A stretch of DNA of 63,802 nt, filler included, from Reclinomonas americana ATCC 50394 (taxonomy: Eukaryota), in assembly GCA_048213135.1 (NCBI GenBank). It is 6 parts of 5 records of this genome, joined end to end, with 100 filler letters (N's around TTAATTAATTAA, not from the genome) between each part and the next. Parts side by side here need not be neighbours in the genome. Positions count along the whole stretch, not along the records: positions 1 to 21,803 come from PS015472.1; 5 more parts are not named here. The stretch is one strand, 5' to 3'. Positions 1 through 13,200 of this stretch are shown here, in pieces. The notes below the pieces were generated by a model. It had not been told where the DNA came from. It worked only from the letters and a program-made list of their open reading frames with translations, and searched no databases. A program made the translations under genes and the position numbers. Every line of letters begins with the position of its first letter. Within the stretch, counting starts at the first letter, position 1.

Positions 1-1136
1 AGGCAGTGGATCTCGGTGCCGTCCTGATCATAAATGTACACGTACTTTTTCTGGCTGACAGCAAAGAGCGTCTCGTTGTGCAGCCAGCTGCGTGATTCCA
101 CACACAATGTCAGGCGACAACAGTACACACTGCATCACTAAAACGCCTCACAAACGCAACGCAATGTCGCGCACGAGTTCCCGAACATGGAACTCCAGCT
201 TCGGCTTGTACGTGTGCAGATCGATGAGCGACAGATGACCCTTGCTGCCTCCCAGCGCCAGCCACCTACATCCACACGCACGTACGCTTCAGAATCACAA
301 CCCCTCCTCCGCACGGCATTGCTGCTGCTTCTTGCTCATCACCTTCCATTGCTGGTAAAGTCAAACTTGTACGGTCCAAAGTCCAACATCAAGTCAAACA
401 CCTTGCGCTGCGACTGCAGATCGACGGCCTCGACAATGGCACGCTGCTTGAATCGCTGCGTCTTCTCCATGCCCTCGGCCTCCAAGAAGCTGTCACAACA
501 CTCTCGTGTTGAGACGAGAGAGGAACAACCCAACGACGCAAGCACGCGCGCGCGACAACACTGACCCTGAGTCGTCGGGCATGAGGATCTCGGCACGCGC
601 AGCCCGCTGTGCCGCACGCTCCGCTTGCGTCTTCACTCGCTCCTGCATCTTTGACTTGCCACGCTCAAACAGCGACTTGCCCTTCTTCTTGTCGTGTTGC
701 CAGGCGCCCATCTTCTGCAACGCCTGTGCCACCACTGGCGTGTGTTGCGGCGTGGTCACCACCACGGCATCGTCGGGAATGGTTGTCTGTGGTGGTGGTG
801 GTGGTGGTCAGGAGATGTGAATGTGCACATGGCGCAAAAAAACACGAGCAGACGCACCGTGGTTCGCGTGTACTCTGGCACTTTCTCCTTCCACAGCGCC
901 TCGATGCGCGCCTTCTCCTCGTCGTCTTCAGCATCTCGCATCTCGTGGCGTTGTCGTTTCCGACGACCTGACAGACTCACTGGTGGCTCAGCATCATCCT
1001 CAGCCTCCGCCTCTGCGTCCTCGTGCTTCTTGCTGCTCTTCTTCGTCTTCGACTTCCGGCTCCCCTTGTCGGCGCCATCGACTTCCATGGCCACTTGCCG
1101 CTTGGCGCGCAGGATGAGGGCCGCCGCTGCGCTCAT
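1..1136 (-). CDS. WDR46: WD-repeat protein 46 / U3 snoRNP protein Utp7 (5' part, multi-exon, runs off the window start)
   Basis: Spliced minus-strand exons give [62 protein letters not shown]...[33 protein letters not shown], matching the Utp7/BING4 signature. Start codon uncertain (1136 or the downstream MEVDG). Confidence 0.9.
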
Positions 1137-1318
1137 GTCCGTCAGTCGTTGATCAAGTTGCAGGACACATGAGGGACGGCTTCATTGTGCCGGCCTTCAC
1201 GACCATCTCTTTGCGCTGCTGCATGTACGCACTGGGTACATCGCCTGAGCCGAACACACCGGCTCGGTGGGCGCTGCTCATCGCAGAAGCGTCGACATCG
1301 ACAGACAACAACAACAAA

Positions 1319-2531
1319 TCAAGTCGACTCGACGTCGTCGTTCTCCCCCGCTACTGCTGCTGGTGCTGCTGCTGGTGGCGCCACGCGGATACGCACTGCG
1401 AAATACTCGGGCGAGTGGGCGGAGGCGCTGGCCGGTCGTTCGTACGACACGGAGGGTGCGGCGCCCGAGTGGTAGGCGCCAGGGTGGCGATTGTTGCTGC
1501 CGACACGCCTGCCGACAGTGGTGGCCTTCATCTTCTTCCCGACGCTGATCTGCAAGTGCGCCAACTGCAGAGGCGGTGCCGTGGGCGACGTCGGCTCCAC
1601 CCGCCGCGCCACACACTCCACATCGCGATCGGGGTGCGCCAATCGCGTGATACGCAGCAGCCACTCGTCGCTGTTGGCGCGCGAACTGGACGGCTGTGGA
1701 TGCTGGCCGCCCACAGCCGCCGCCGACATTACCCGGAACGCCGAGTGCGCACAGAACGGCGCACCGCCCACCACCATGCGATAGGCGCACATGGAGGGCT
1801 CCTCGACCGACAACAACTGCAACTGCTCCACGCCCTTGATGCACACAAACTCGACAGTGGACTCACGCGCGCGGCCATTGTCGCACGGCTGCCCGTGCGT
1901 GTACACTCGTGTGGTGCCCGCCGGCGACTTGCCCTGGGTGGCGCCATCGAACGTGCCCAGTCGATACACATCGCCTCCGTTGCGCTGCGTGATCTCACCC
2001 GTCATGCACACCTCGTACGCCCACCACCCAAACGTGGCCGTGGCACACAGTCGCGCCGGCAACGACGACAGCAACTGCTGCGGTGTGCCCTTGTCTTCCG
2101 CCTTTTCCTCTTCTTCTTCTTCCTCCTCCTCTTCTTCTTCTTCAGGCTGGTCACCGCGTGCAGCGCCGACTGCTGTGCTGAACATGAACGCGCACACAAT
2201 GTCGACATCATCCTCCTCGCCTTCCTCACTCCACTGACACATGTCACCAAATGGTGAGCGATGCAACAAACACAAACACACACACACACACACACTTCTC
2301 ACGCACCTCAAGTGCCGCATGCACAGTGTGCACACCACCACCACCACTGGTGCCATCCTGCTTCTCACCACCACTGTTGTTGTCGTCGGTGATTTCAAAG
2401 TTGGCCAGTGCGCGCGAACCCTGCTTGCCTGCGCTCTGCTTGACAGGCATGAAGCGCGCGTGCACAGCAGCAACACCACCAATGACCAGCACAGTCACCA
2501 GCAGAACAACAAGGCAACTGCGTAGTCTCAT
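1319..2531 (-). CDS. ER lectin with an MRH (mannose-6-phosphate receptor homology) domain, OS-9/ERLEC1/PRKCSH-like
   Basis: Exon 1 (2531-2307) encodes a signal peptide MRLRSCLVVLLVTVLVIGGVAA. Exon 2 (2233-1319) encodes CATATFGWWAYEVC...YTHGQPCDNGRARESTVEFVC...SVEEPSMCAY, the MRH pattern. Confidence 0.8.
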
Positions 2532-2581
2532 CGCAACGACGGAAGCACACAAACCAACGAACGGCCACGAACGGAACAACA

Positions 2582-5462
2582 ATGGAAGACGAGCGCATAA
2601 GTCGCGCCCTCCGTTGCGTCTCTCTCTCTCTCTCTCCCTCTTTCTGTGCGGACGCACCGCTCATTCTCTGTGTGCAGACGATGGCGATGAGGAGGCACTG
2701 ATCAGCGCACTCCGCGAGTCGACTGTCGATCACCTCAAGATCCTGTCGCGTTGAGTGCACCACACACACACTCTCTCTCTCCCTCTCACTCACTCACTCA
2801 CGCATCCCGCTTGTACAGCACGACTGGGATCCTTGGCGCGTCTGGGCCGCGCGCTGTCTGCGCTCGGCATGCGACCGCTCTCGTCGCTGACTCTGGTCGG
2901 CTGCTCGTCGGCCACCGACGACGAGGAGGAAGAAGAAGAGGAGGAGGAGGTCGCATTGCGCTCGCTGGCATCGTCGTTGCCGCCGGTGCTGACACTGCTG
3001 CTGTGCAATGTTCCGCATCTGCTGCGGTCGGTGACCTCGCAGTGGGGCCTCATGCACACGCTGCGTGTGGTCGACGAGGAGGTCGACGAGGAGACGCTGC
3101 TGTTGCTGTGCGACTCGCCGTTCTTTGCGCGCCAGCTGCAGGCGCTGACACTCTCCAATGTGTCGCTGGACGACGATGTGTTGTCGAGCATGAGCCTGGC
3201 GTTGCCGCGGGCGTCGTCGCTGACGGTGTTGGACTTGAGCTGCAATCAGATTGGCGACAGTGGGGTGTGTGCGCTGGCGGCGGTGCTGCCGCGCTGCGCG
3301 CAGCTGCGTGAGCTCGATCTGTCGCACAACTACGTGACGCACTTGTCGGTGGGCACGCTGGCCGCGGCGGTCGGCTCCTGCCCGTCGCTCACGTCCTTGT
3401 CGCTGGCGCACAATGCGTTGCTGACGAGTGCTGGTGTGCGCGCATTTGTCGACGCTCTGCTGTCTGCGCATCCGCATCACCTCCGATCGATCACTCTGTC
3501 GCACTGCGGCGCCGATGGCACCACCAGCGCGCACGCCGCCGAGCAGCTGCGTCGGGGGGTGCCTTCGCTGCTGTACGTGGATGTGGCGGCGGAGTGCCGC
3601 GATCCGTTGCAGGCGCCGACTCTGCCGCCCACCAGCGACCCGTATGCGCTGCGCAAGGCGATTGTGCCGGTGGCCGGTCTCGGCACCCGCATGTTCCCGC
3701 TGACTGCCGCCGTGCCCAAGTGTTTCTTCCCTGTGGTGGACCACCGTGGTCTCGTGCGACCTGTGCTCCACCAACTGCTGCATGAGCTGCTGGTGAGAAG
3801 ACCACACCGTGCACATGTTTTCCTTTTTGCATCTCACCGTGCCACCACAGGCTCCAGAAACGGGTCTGCAACTGGTGGCCATTGTGGTGAGCCCCGAGCA
3901 GCGACTGATGCTGGAGGAGTACTTTATGCTGGGCGGTCGAGACAGACATCCCGAGTCGTGTCGCCGATGGGACCTGTATCGCGCCAAGTCACGGGCGTTT
4001 GCTTCCATTGTCGATGAGGTCGAGTCGCTGGGTCAGAGGTGCGATGCCACGAATGCGGATTGTGTGGCAGTGGAGACGTTCTCATTCCGTGCTTGCAGGC
4101 TGGTGCTGGTCGAGCAAAATGTGCCAAACGGATTCGGCGACGCCGTGCTGCGTGCACGCGAGTTTGTCGGGGACGATCCGTACTTTTTGGTGGCACTGGG
4201 CGACCACTTGTACGCCAGCAGCCTGTCGAGCGGCGTCACGTGCACGCAGCAACTGACGGACGCGTTCCGCTTGCATCGTCAGTCCATTACCAGTGTGGCC
4301 GTGACACCGCTGGACCATGTGACGACGGTCGGCGTCATTCGCGGTCGACCACTGGACGGTCACGTTCTCGTTCTCGAGGACATGGTGGAGAAGCCGTCTG
4401 AGGCCGAGGCCAGGTGTGGCTTGCTTCACAGTCGCTTCGGCCACACACAGTCGCTGCTCACTCTTTTCATTCTCTCTCTGTCTCTCCTCCTGCAGGGCAC
4501 ACTGGCAGGCACCGGCCTCACTGGGCCTGCGGCGCGACTCGTTCCTGTGCAACTTTGGGTTGGACATTTTGCCGAACAGCTGCATGCGTCGACTGGAGGA
4601 TGGTCTCGGACCGGCGTTGCTCGCTGGCAAAGAGTTGCAGTTGCGTGTTGCGCAACGAGAATGCCTGCTGGCCGATGGCATGCTGGGCCTGTTGGTTCAC
4701 GGAAGACGGCTGGACACCGGTCTACCGTTCGACTACTTGCGTTCGTTGAATACTCTGGCGCAACTGGAGGGAGACGAGTTGCTGCCGGCCGCGCTGCATC
4801 TCCCGGCCGCTGCCGATGGTGGTGGTGATGCAAGTGCTGTCACCGAGGCTCTGCCGAGTGACCCGTGCACGCGAGTACCGCGTGTGGCCGTGGTGTACGA
4901 CGAGGACAATGCCAGTCACTTGGCCTCGCGGTACCCGGAACTGAAGGCGCTGTTGCATTCGTCAGGTGCTGCGAAGCTGCGATGGAACGATGAAGTTATT
5001 GTCGGCCGTGCTCCCGGCCGTCTCGACGTCATGGGCGGTACGTGCATCGACTACCGTCCTGACTCGGTCCCCATTCGCTGACGGAGTGCGCGTTCCCTGC
5101 AGGCATTTCCGATTACAGTGGAGCCACCGTGTTCCAGCTGCCCACCAGCCAGGGCAATGTGGCTGTCGGGCAAGCGCGCACCGACGGGCTGCTGGTCATG
5201 TCGACGACCTCCACAGTGGACAGCACCACACGTGACCACTCTGTGGACATGGCGAGCGTGATCGAGGCCTGCAGTCAGTCGTACGCCCGCGCTCGTGAAG
5301 TGCTGGTGGCTGGCTCCGACGACATTTGGCCCGCATACGTGGCCGGCTTCCTGTGCGTCACTCGCTCACCGCCGCCTATCTCTCTGTGTGTGTGGCACTC
5401 ACATTTGGATGCAGTGCGATTGCGGTTCTCGAGTTGGGCACTGTGCTGCCGCCCGGCGGTTT
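2582..5462 (+). CDS. Fusion protein: RNI-like LRRs + GalU-type sugar-1-phosphate nucleotidyltransferase + L-arabinokinase/galactokinase-like GHMP kinase (3' truncated by gap)
   Basis: LRRs (LTVLDLSCNQIGDSG, LRELDLSHNYV); KAIVPVAGLGTRMFPLTAAVPKCFFPVVD, EQNVPNGFGDAV, LGDHLY, MVEKP; RAPGRLDVMGGISDYSG and WPAYVAG. The frame stays continuous across GT-AG introns. Confidence 0.8.
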
Positions 5463-6021
5463 NNNNNNNNNNNNNNNNNNNNNNNNNNNNNNNNNNNNNN
5501 NNNNNNNNNNNNNNNNNNNNNNNNNNNNNNNNNNNNNNNNNNNNNNNNNNNNNNNNNNNNNNNNNNNNNNNNNNNNNNNNNNNNNNNNNNNNNNNNNNNN
5601 NNNNNNNNNNNNNNNNNNNNNNNNNNNNNNNNNNNNNNNNNNNNNNNNNNNNNNNNNNNNNNNNNNNNNNNNNNNNNNNNNNNNNNNNNNNNNNNNNNNN
5701 NNNNNNNNNNNNNNNNNNNNNNNNNNNNNNNNNNNNNNNNNNNNNNNNNNNNNNNNNNNNNNNNNNNNNNNNNNNNNNNNNNNNNNNNNNNNNNNNNNNN
5801 NNNNNNNNNNNNNNNNNNNNNNNNNNNNNNNNNNNNNNNNNNNNNNNNNNNNNNNNNNNNNNNNNNNNNNNNNNNNNNNNNNNNNNNNNNNNNNNNNNNN
5901 NNNNNNNNNNNNNNNNNNNNNNNNNNNNNNNNNNNNNNNNNNNNNNNNNNNNNNNNNNNNNNNNNNNNNNNNNNNNNNNNNNNNNNNNNNNNNNNNNNNN
6001 NNNNNNNNNNNNNNNNNNNNN

Positions 6022-8597
6022 TCTATCAACCAGTCGCTGTCGGCGCTCGGCAACTGCATCAGTGCGCTCACCGAGCGCGGACGCACGCATGTGCCATATC
6101 GCGACTCCAAACTGACGCGCCTGCTTGCCGACTCGCTGGGTGGCAACACGCGCACTGCATTCATTGCCACCGTGTCTCCGACGGGTTCGGCCCTGGAGGA
6201 GACGTGCAGCACGCTCAAATTCGCCGAACGTGCCAAGCGGTGAGTGTGGTGGCAAGGTGGGGGTGGCGGCTTGCAGCAGCACAAGCCTGTGTTGAATTCC
6301 TCCGTCGCGCAGAGTGGTCTCCACGCCCATTATCAACGAGTACATGGATTCGGCGGCGCTGGTGGCACGCTACCGGGCCGAGATTGTGCGACTGCGCAAC
6401 AGATGTCAGGAGCTGGAGGACGAGAACACTGAGCTGCAGAAGCGTATCACCGAGGGCGTCGACGGCGGCTCGAGATACGCCTACGCCTCGGTGCATGAGC
6501 ATGCCATGGCAGTCACCAATCTTGCCGATCAGGGTCGCTCCCTCTACGAGGCGCAGGAGGAGAACCGGAAGCTGCGCAAACTGCTGGCCGACAAGGTCGT
6601 CCTCGGTGCGTAACATTTTTGCGTGATGATACCATCCCATTCTTTGTTTGTGTCCCTCACTTCCACGTCACAGCTGGATATGGAGATGCCAAGACACAAA
6701 TCGACTTTGACTTGCTGCGCATGGAGAGAGATGCGTTGCGGAAGGAGCTGGATCGGTGCAAGGTGTTGGAGGAGGACAGGAGAAAACAGTTCCAGGAGGT
6801 GCGTTCGCTTGCCTCTGTCGACACGCTGTGAAACGAATTGTCTTATCGCCCGCACAGCGCGAAGAGTTTTACCGCTGGATGCAGTCGCTCCCTGTGTACC
6901 TGGACGAGAACATGAACGCCGAGCGCACGTTGCAGGTCTCGCAAAAACTGGAACTGATGGAGGTATACTCTCAAGTCAAATCTTCTCCCTTTCCTCGCGT
7001 CGATGCTGACTCCCTCTCGAATCAAGCGTGCCGTGCAATATCAGCAGCGTGAGCTGCAACACGCCAAGCAAATGTTTGTGCGCGACTTGGAGGTGCGCAC
7101 ATGAGTGCACCTTCTCGGTGCTCCACAATTGACCACTCACCGCCTTTCTCGCCCNNNNNNNNNNNNNNNNNNNNNNNNNNNNNNNNNNNNNNNNNNNNNN
7201 NNNNNNNNNNNNNNNNNNNNNNNNNNNNNNNNNNNNNNNNNNNNNNNNNNNNNNNNNNNNNNNNNNNNNNNNNNNNNNNNNNNNNNNNNNNNNNNNNNNN
7301 NNNNNNNNNNNNNNNNNNNNNNNNNNNNNNNNNNNNNNNNNNNNNNNAAACGCTTGACTCGGCGACTCACCTTCTTTTCCTTAGGTTCGCGGCTGCACTG
7401 TCATGTACGCAGAGGCTCTGTCGACCAAGCTGCAGTCGCACCGGCAGCACACGGCATCGCTGGTGCTTCAAGCGTGCACAAATTCTGTGGATCGAGCACA
7501 AGTGCTGGCGGTGAAGCACATGTTGCGCGCCGCGTGTCGCGAGACGGAACATGCCGCGCGAAACCCCTACACCAACTGGATCAACGAGACGCAGACGCTG
7601 CTGGAGCAGACCACGGTGATTCACACGTCTCTGCGGCAGCTGCAGACCATTGTGGACGACTTGCGCACCGAGGTGGTCGAGTGTCAAGCGGCACACGGCG
7701 AGTTTGTAAAGGAGCTGCACAGACCACTCCACAGCACCGCCGACAGCGCGGAGGAGGCGGCGGAGGCGGAACGGCAGGTGCTGTTGAGAGTGATGGGCCT
7801 CGGCGACGGCAACGGTGTTGCCGCTGGTGGTGGTGGCGATGGTGGCAGTAGTTTGCGGAACGGAGCAGGTGGAGACGAGTCGTTGCCGCGTGCACGGGCC
7901 ACAATATGTAAGTGTTTCTGCAACGCTGGCCTCTGCAACACGCAACTCATCGCCACTTCCCCCCGCCCCTTCCCCCGTAGCGTACTCGCTGCACCTGGAT
8001 CGCTTGTCGCAGCTGCTGCAGGCGATTGTGGATCGCGTACGGCTTTTCGATGAGCGGCTGCAGCCGCGAATTCCGCCCATGCACTTTGAGGTCGACGAGG
8101 ACGACATGATGTTCTTGTACGAGCCCTTCCAAGGTCCCACATCGCCCCTCTCGCCCATGTCACCGTCGTCGGTCGACTCGCTGCCGCCACCACCTCCGCC
8201 ACCTCCGCGACCACTAGGGGACTCGCCACCGTATGTGCGTGAGCCGATCTCGGTCGGTCCACCAACCGACGACGAGGACAGCACGGCACTGGAGACGGAT
8301 CCTCCACAGTCGCCGCTGGTGCGGGATGCTGAGCGCACGCAGTCGCCGCTTCGACGAGATCAAGTGCGCCCGGTTACCGACGCGGCGCAGTTGCGGCACC
8401 TGGCGCTCGCAGCCAAGCGCAGTGGAATCACGCCGGCGGCCTCGTTATCGTCGCTGGCGCGATTCGGCGCCATGGCAGTTTTCAACGCCGGTTTCGCACC
8501 TGCCACCAAGCGCACCGACGCGGCCCCGGTGCGCCCACTGGCACCGAGTGATCTGGACGCGGGCGACGAGCCTGATGTAGTGGATTCGGAAACATGA
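6022..8597 (+). CDS. Kinesin: C-terminal part of the motor domain, coiled coil and Pro-rich tail (5' end in gap)
   Basis: [16 protein letters not shown]...[23 protein letters not shown]...[14 protein letters not shown]. Downstream spliced exons encode coiled coil and end at TGA 8597; one internal gap. Confidence 0.88.
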
Positions 8598-8855
8598 ACC
8601 CGTAGCATAATCGATGATGGTATATAATAATACTCAAGCAAACAAGCAAACAAATGTGTATCTAATTACAAACGACGGGATACCAAGCGAGCTCACGGTC
8701 ACTATCAACGCCGGCGAGCACGCACACACACACACACACACACGCACGCACTCCTATCAACCATATTCGCACAGGCACACACACACACAACAGACAAAAC
8801 GTTTCGTTTCGCCTTCTCTGGCGCCACCACTCTTCCTCTCTTATAAAAGCCGACG

Positions 8856-9700
8856 CTACGGCGCCTTACCGGCCGGTGTCTCGGCCGTATGCGACCAAAT
8901 CATCTTACTCGGCACGGTACTGGAGCCGTACACGGTTGCACACCGCTTCTCGAACGCATTCCGCAGCGTCAGCACCACCTCCCGGAAGAAGAGATTGGCG
9001 ACGTGCTGGTGCAACGAGGCCGCGAAGCGAAAGTCCACCGAGAACACCAGCCACGAGGTGCCGTCGATGGGACCCGGCCGGATCTCCCAGTCGTTCTTCA
9101 GGTGGTGGAAGAGGCGGCCCTCACGAACCTCCACTTGCACACTGCTCGGGCGGTACAAGTACACGGTACTCACGTAGCGCTCGGTGAAGAACGGCCGGAA
9201 GCCAACCACCAGCTCTGCATCCATGATCTGCAACCCGTGTGTCAACAGGCTGCCATGATTCACCGGAGTGACGGGTGTTGACGGCCGGCCACCTCCGGCC
9301 CGAGGCACGGAGGCGGTGGCCTGACTGCGCGAAGGAATGCTACTCGAGGTCGTCGGAGGAGCGCGGATGCCCAGGATCCGCGAGTCCACACACCACGGAA
9401 CAAAGTATTTGTAGTCGTCCACATTCGCCACCACGTTGTAGATTTGCTGTGGCGTGTACCTAACAAGCAAACGACAACGCCATACTATTATGAGACGAGC
9501 AAGGCGACAGGAATCGTCGCATGTGAGTACAGTAGAACACACCCAATGACGAATCCCTCCGAGTGTACGCGGCCCGGGAGCTCAGCGCCCGACGACGACG
9601 ACGACGACGGTGATGACGATGATGATGATGTGGTCGGAGTGGTGGTTGAGGCACCTCCAAATGACGGCAAAAAGTTGAAGAAGGATCTCTGTGCGTGTGC
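8856..9700 (-). CDS. COQ10: Coenzyme Q-binding START-domain protein COQ10 (5' end uncertain)
   Basis: RSFFNFLP targeting-like exon, then YTPQQIYNVVANVDDYKYFVPWC...AELVVGF...FTERYVSTV...LFHHLKNDW...VDFRF...AFEKRC. Confidence 0.85.
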
Positions 9701-10270
9701 GTGTGTGCATGTGTGCGCGTGTGAGCTCAAGCCTCGTCAGAGAGAGAGAGAGAGAGAGAGAGAGGAGGCGACGAAGGTCGCGTCTTTGTGTATGTGCGAC
9801 TAACTTGTTGTTGTTGTNNNNNNNNNNNNNNNNNNNNNNNNNNNNNNNNNNNNNNNNNNNNNNNNNNNNNNNNNNNNNNNNNNNNNNNNNNNNNNNNNNN
9901 NNNNNNNNNNNNNNNNNNNNNNNNNNNNNNNNNNNNNNNNNNNNNNNNNNNNNNNNNNNNNNNNNNNNNNNNNNNNNNNNNNNNNNNNNNNNNNNNNNNN
10001 NNNNNNNNNNNNNNNNNNNNNNNNNNNNNNNNNNNNNNNNNNNNNNNNNNNNNNNNNNNNNNNNNNNNNNNNNNNNNNNNNNNNNNNNNNNNNNNNNNNN
10101 NNNNNNNNNNNNNNNNNNNNNNNNNNNNNNNNNNNNNNNNNNNNNNNNNNNNNNNNNNNNNNNNNNNNNNNNNNNNNNNNNNNNNNNNNNNNNNNNNNNN
10201 NNNNNNNNNNNNNNNNNNNNNNNNNNNNNNNNNNNNNNNNNNNNNNNNNNNNNNNNNNNNNNNNNNNNNN

Positions 10271-13200
10271 CTCAAGTTCAATTCAGCTCGCCGAGTGGCA
10301 TTGCCGTCGATCCCACGACACACCAAGTGTACACGGCAGACACTGGCAACTCACGAATCCGGTGCGTTCACCAGCCTGTATCTCGTCGTCTACAATCCTC
10401 ACACTTCCTGTTGCACGCTTGTCCAGGTTGACGACTGCCGCTGGTGCCACCAGCACCGTTGCCAGCGGCAGCAGCTTCAGCTCGCCGACAGCAGTGGCCG
10501 TCGACTCTGTACGCCGTTGTCTGTACGTTGCCGGCAACAATTCGCAGGTGGTGCAAAAGATCGATCTGCAGACGCTGGCCGTCACCACGCTCGCGGGCCA
10601 GCTCGGTTCGTCTGGGTTTGCCAACGCCGACGGGCAGTATGCATGGTTCGTTCGGCCACTTGCTGTCGCCGTGGACGTGCTCTCTGGTGGAGTCTATGTC
10701 ACCGAGGTTTGTGCAATTGACGGACTGCAAGGAGATTTCACCACCTGACGCACACGCACCTGCGTCTCTATGATGCGCAGTTTGGCAACACCGTGCGCTT
10801 GATCGACGCCGCCGGTGCCGTGTCTTTGGTGGCAGGCAGTTCTGGCTCTGCGGGAAGCACCGACGGTCTCGGCAGTGTCGCGCGATTTTCACAACCGGTT
10901 CGTCTCGTTGCTCGTTTCTGTTTCTCTTTTGCAAAATTACTCATCACCTGTCTGTTTGTGTGCGTGCATGAATCTCAGTCGGGAGTGGCGTTCTGTGGTG
11001 CCAGTCAATCACTGCTGATTGGCGGTGAGCCGCCTTCTATTGCTCCGTGTTTTGTGATCTCACTCATGAAAAACGATGCTCGCAGACTTGAGCAATCACA
11101 CCATTCGGCGAGTGACACTGCCGGCGTCTCCCGTTGCCGCTACGTCTGCCAGGTCGCGCTCCGCTGACTCTGGCAGCCGCAGCCGTCCGCAAGTGGCACT
11201 GCTGGCATCCAACCTGTCCTCATCCCACTTGATTACAACGAGGTCCACAACGACCACCGTGTCCGTCACACTCGGCGGTCTGTCGTCGTCCACCCAGTAC
11301 TACTTCCGATCGATCACTGGCAGCCACACGTCGTCGCTCAGCTCGTTCTCCACCCTCGGTAACTGTGTACATTACCACAGTGGCGAATGACTGCCCACCA
11401 TGCTCACTGTTGCTTGCTGTAGGTGCATCTGTGCGCACGGTGGCCGCCAGCAGCGTCACTTCCACGAGCGCCGTACTCAATGGCGTTATCAACGCCGGTG
11501 GTCTCGCGGCGACGGCCAACATCTTCGAGCTTGCACAGTCCATCAGTGCATTCGACAACATAGTGTCGCCTCCGACGCAAGTGTCCGCACTGCCAGCCTC
11601 GACTGCCAGCTCATCCGACACGACTGTTGCGGCTGTTTTGCTGTCGCTCACGCCACAACAGACCTATTACTTCCGTGCGGTCGACACTGTGTCGTCGCGA
11701 CGGGGTGACATTCTCTGGTTCACCACTGCAGCCTCTCCCGGTGCGTCAGTTACCATTTCCCCATGCTGTCGCTCGTCTGCCAGCCCCATCAGCTCACTGG
11801 TGCTTTTCGATCGCATGTGCTCAAACAGTGGCTATTGAAGATGGTTCGTCTTTCACAGAGCAACGTCGTGTGGGCAATCTTGTTTTCTCACTTTTTTTGT
11901 CGTATGTGCGTGTGTGTGTGTGTGTGTGTATGTGTGTGTGTTCGCCTCTGTGCCCACCCCGGCAGTGGTGGGATCGTTCCGCCCGATCTCTGCGCGCGGC
12001 AATACATCGACCTCGGCTGATATTCTCACCGTCATTGGTGTGTGCGCCATGTGTTGACTGTCCGCAACCGCCGCCGTTGCTGATTGCCCTGGTGCGATTG
12101 CAGGTGTCGGCTTGCTGGCCTCGGATCCCGTGTGTTTGACGACATCCGACACGTGTCCGTCAACATGCCAGTCATCCACCCATGTCACCGTGCTGAATAA
12201 TGTGTCCAGTTCTCCGATCTTCGGTGCGTTGCCTTCGTCATCGTGCACGTGGCTGTGTGTGGCTGTTGACAGTTTGCTGGCGATGTGATGCCGAATGCAG
12301 TGACCGAGAGTGGCTGGACGGAGCACTACTTGCAGCTGTCGTCGATCCAACCGCAAGAGTACGTGGTGTGCTCAAGCTTCGGTGGCAGTGCCATCCAGTT
12401 ACGCCCATGTCGTCCCTGTGTGTATGCGTGTGTGTGTGCCACTCACATGGTGTCATGCGTGCATGCAGCCGTGTGAGTTCAAGAAAGCTGCGAGTGGCCA
12501 CAATCTCCGGTGTACAACCGACGAACATTACGGCTGCCGATTTTACAGCCTCAGTTCTCGTAACGGTGCGTCTTGGTGACTGTGAATGATCGCACGTGGC
12601 GCTGATCTTCACACCCACATTTCCGTACATGCACATGCGCAACACACAGGGACAATTCCTCGATCCGACTGATGTTGTGTGGTTCACCACCAACTCGGTA
12701 TCCTGCGCTGGTGTCAGTATTCGAGCGTATGGACCGTCGTCCACGAATCCGCTGCGCACGGAACTCACGGTGTCCCTTGGCGTCGACGGCGTGCTGTCCG
12801 CTGGCTCCTATCACGTGTGCCTGCAGCTCGACGGCCTCGCTACGGATTACCTTCACCTCAGTTATCCGCAGCTCTCTGTTGTGGGTGAGTGCGTTAGTGA
12901 GTTTGGACCATACATATGAAAAGTGGATTCTCCTCTCACGCATGCGTCGCGCAGCGAGCGCCGTGCTGACGGATTTCCACCCGCGCCGTATTCCCGCCTC
13001 TGACATTGGCGCTGTGCTGACTCTGTTGCGTACAATTCACCACCGCTGTCGTGTCTAGTGAAAACAATCTTACGCTTGTTCGTGTGTGAACAGCACCGGA
13101 ACGGGCCTTCGCACCACCGACACCATCGTGTTCACTCGCTGTTTCGTGATGCTGTTTGACGCTTCTCACTTGCTGCTGCTCCCCTGCTCATGCTACATTG

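Noticed and set aside
5463..6021. Apparent GHMP kinase-kinesin fusion ORF through the gap
   Set aside because: The ORF is open only because of Ns, and the gap is too short for the missing parts of both proteins. The gap size or join is unreliable.
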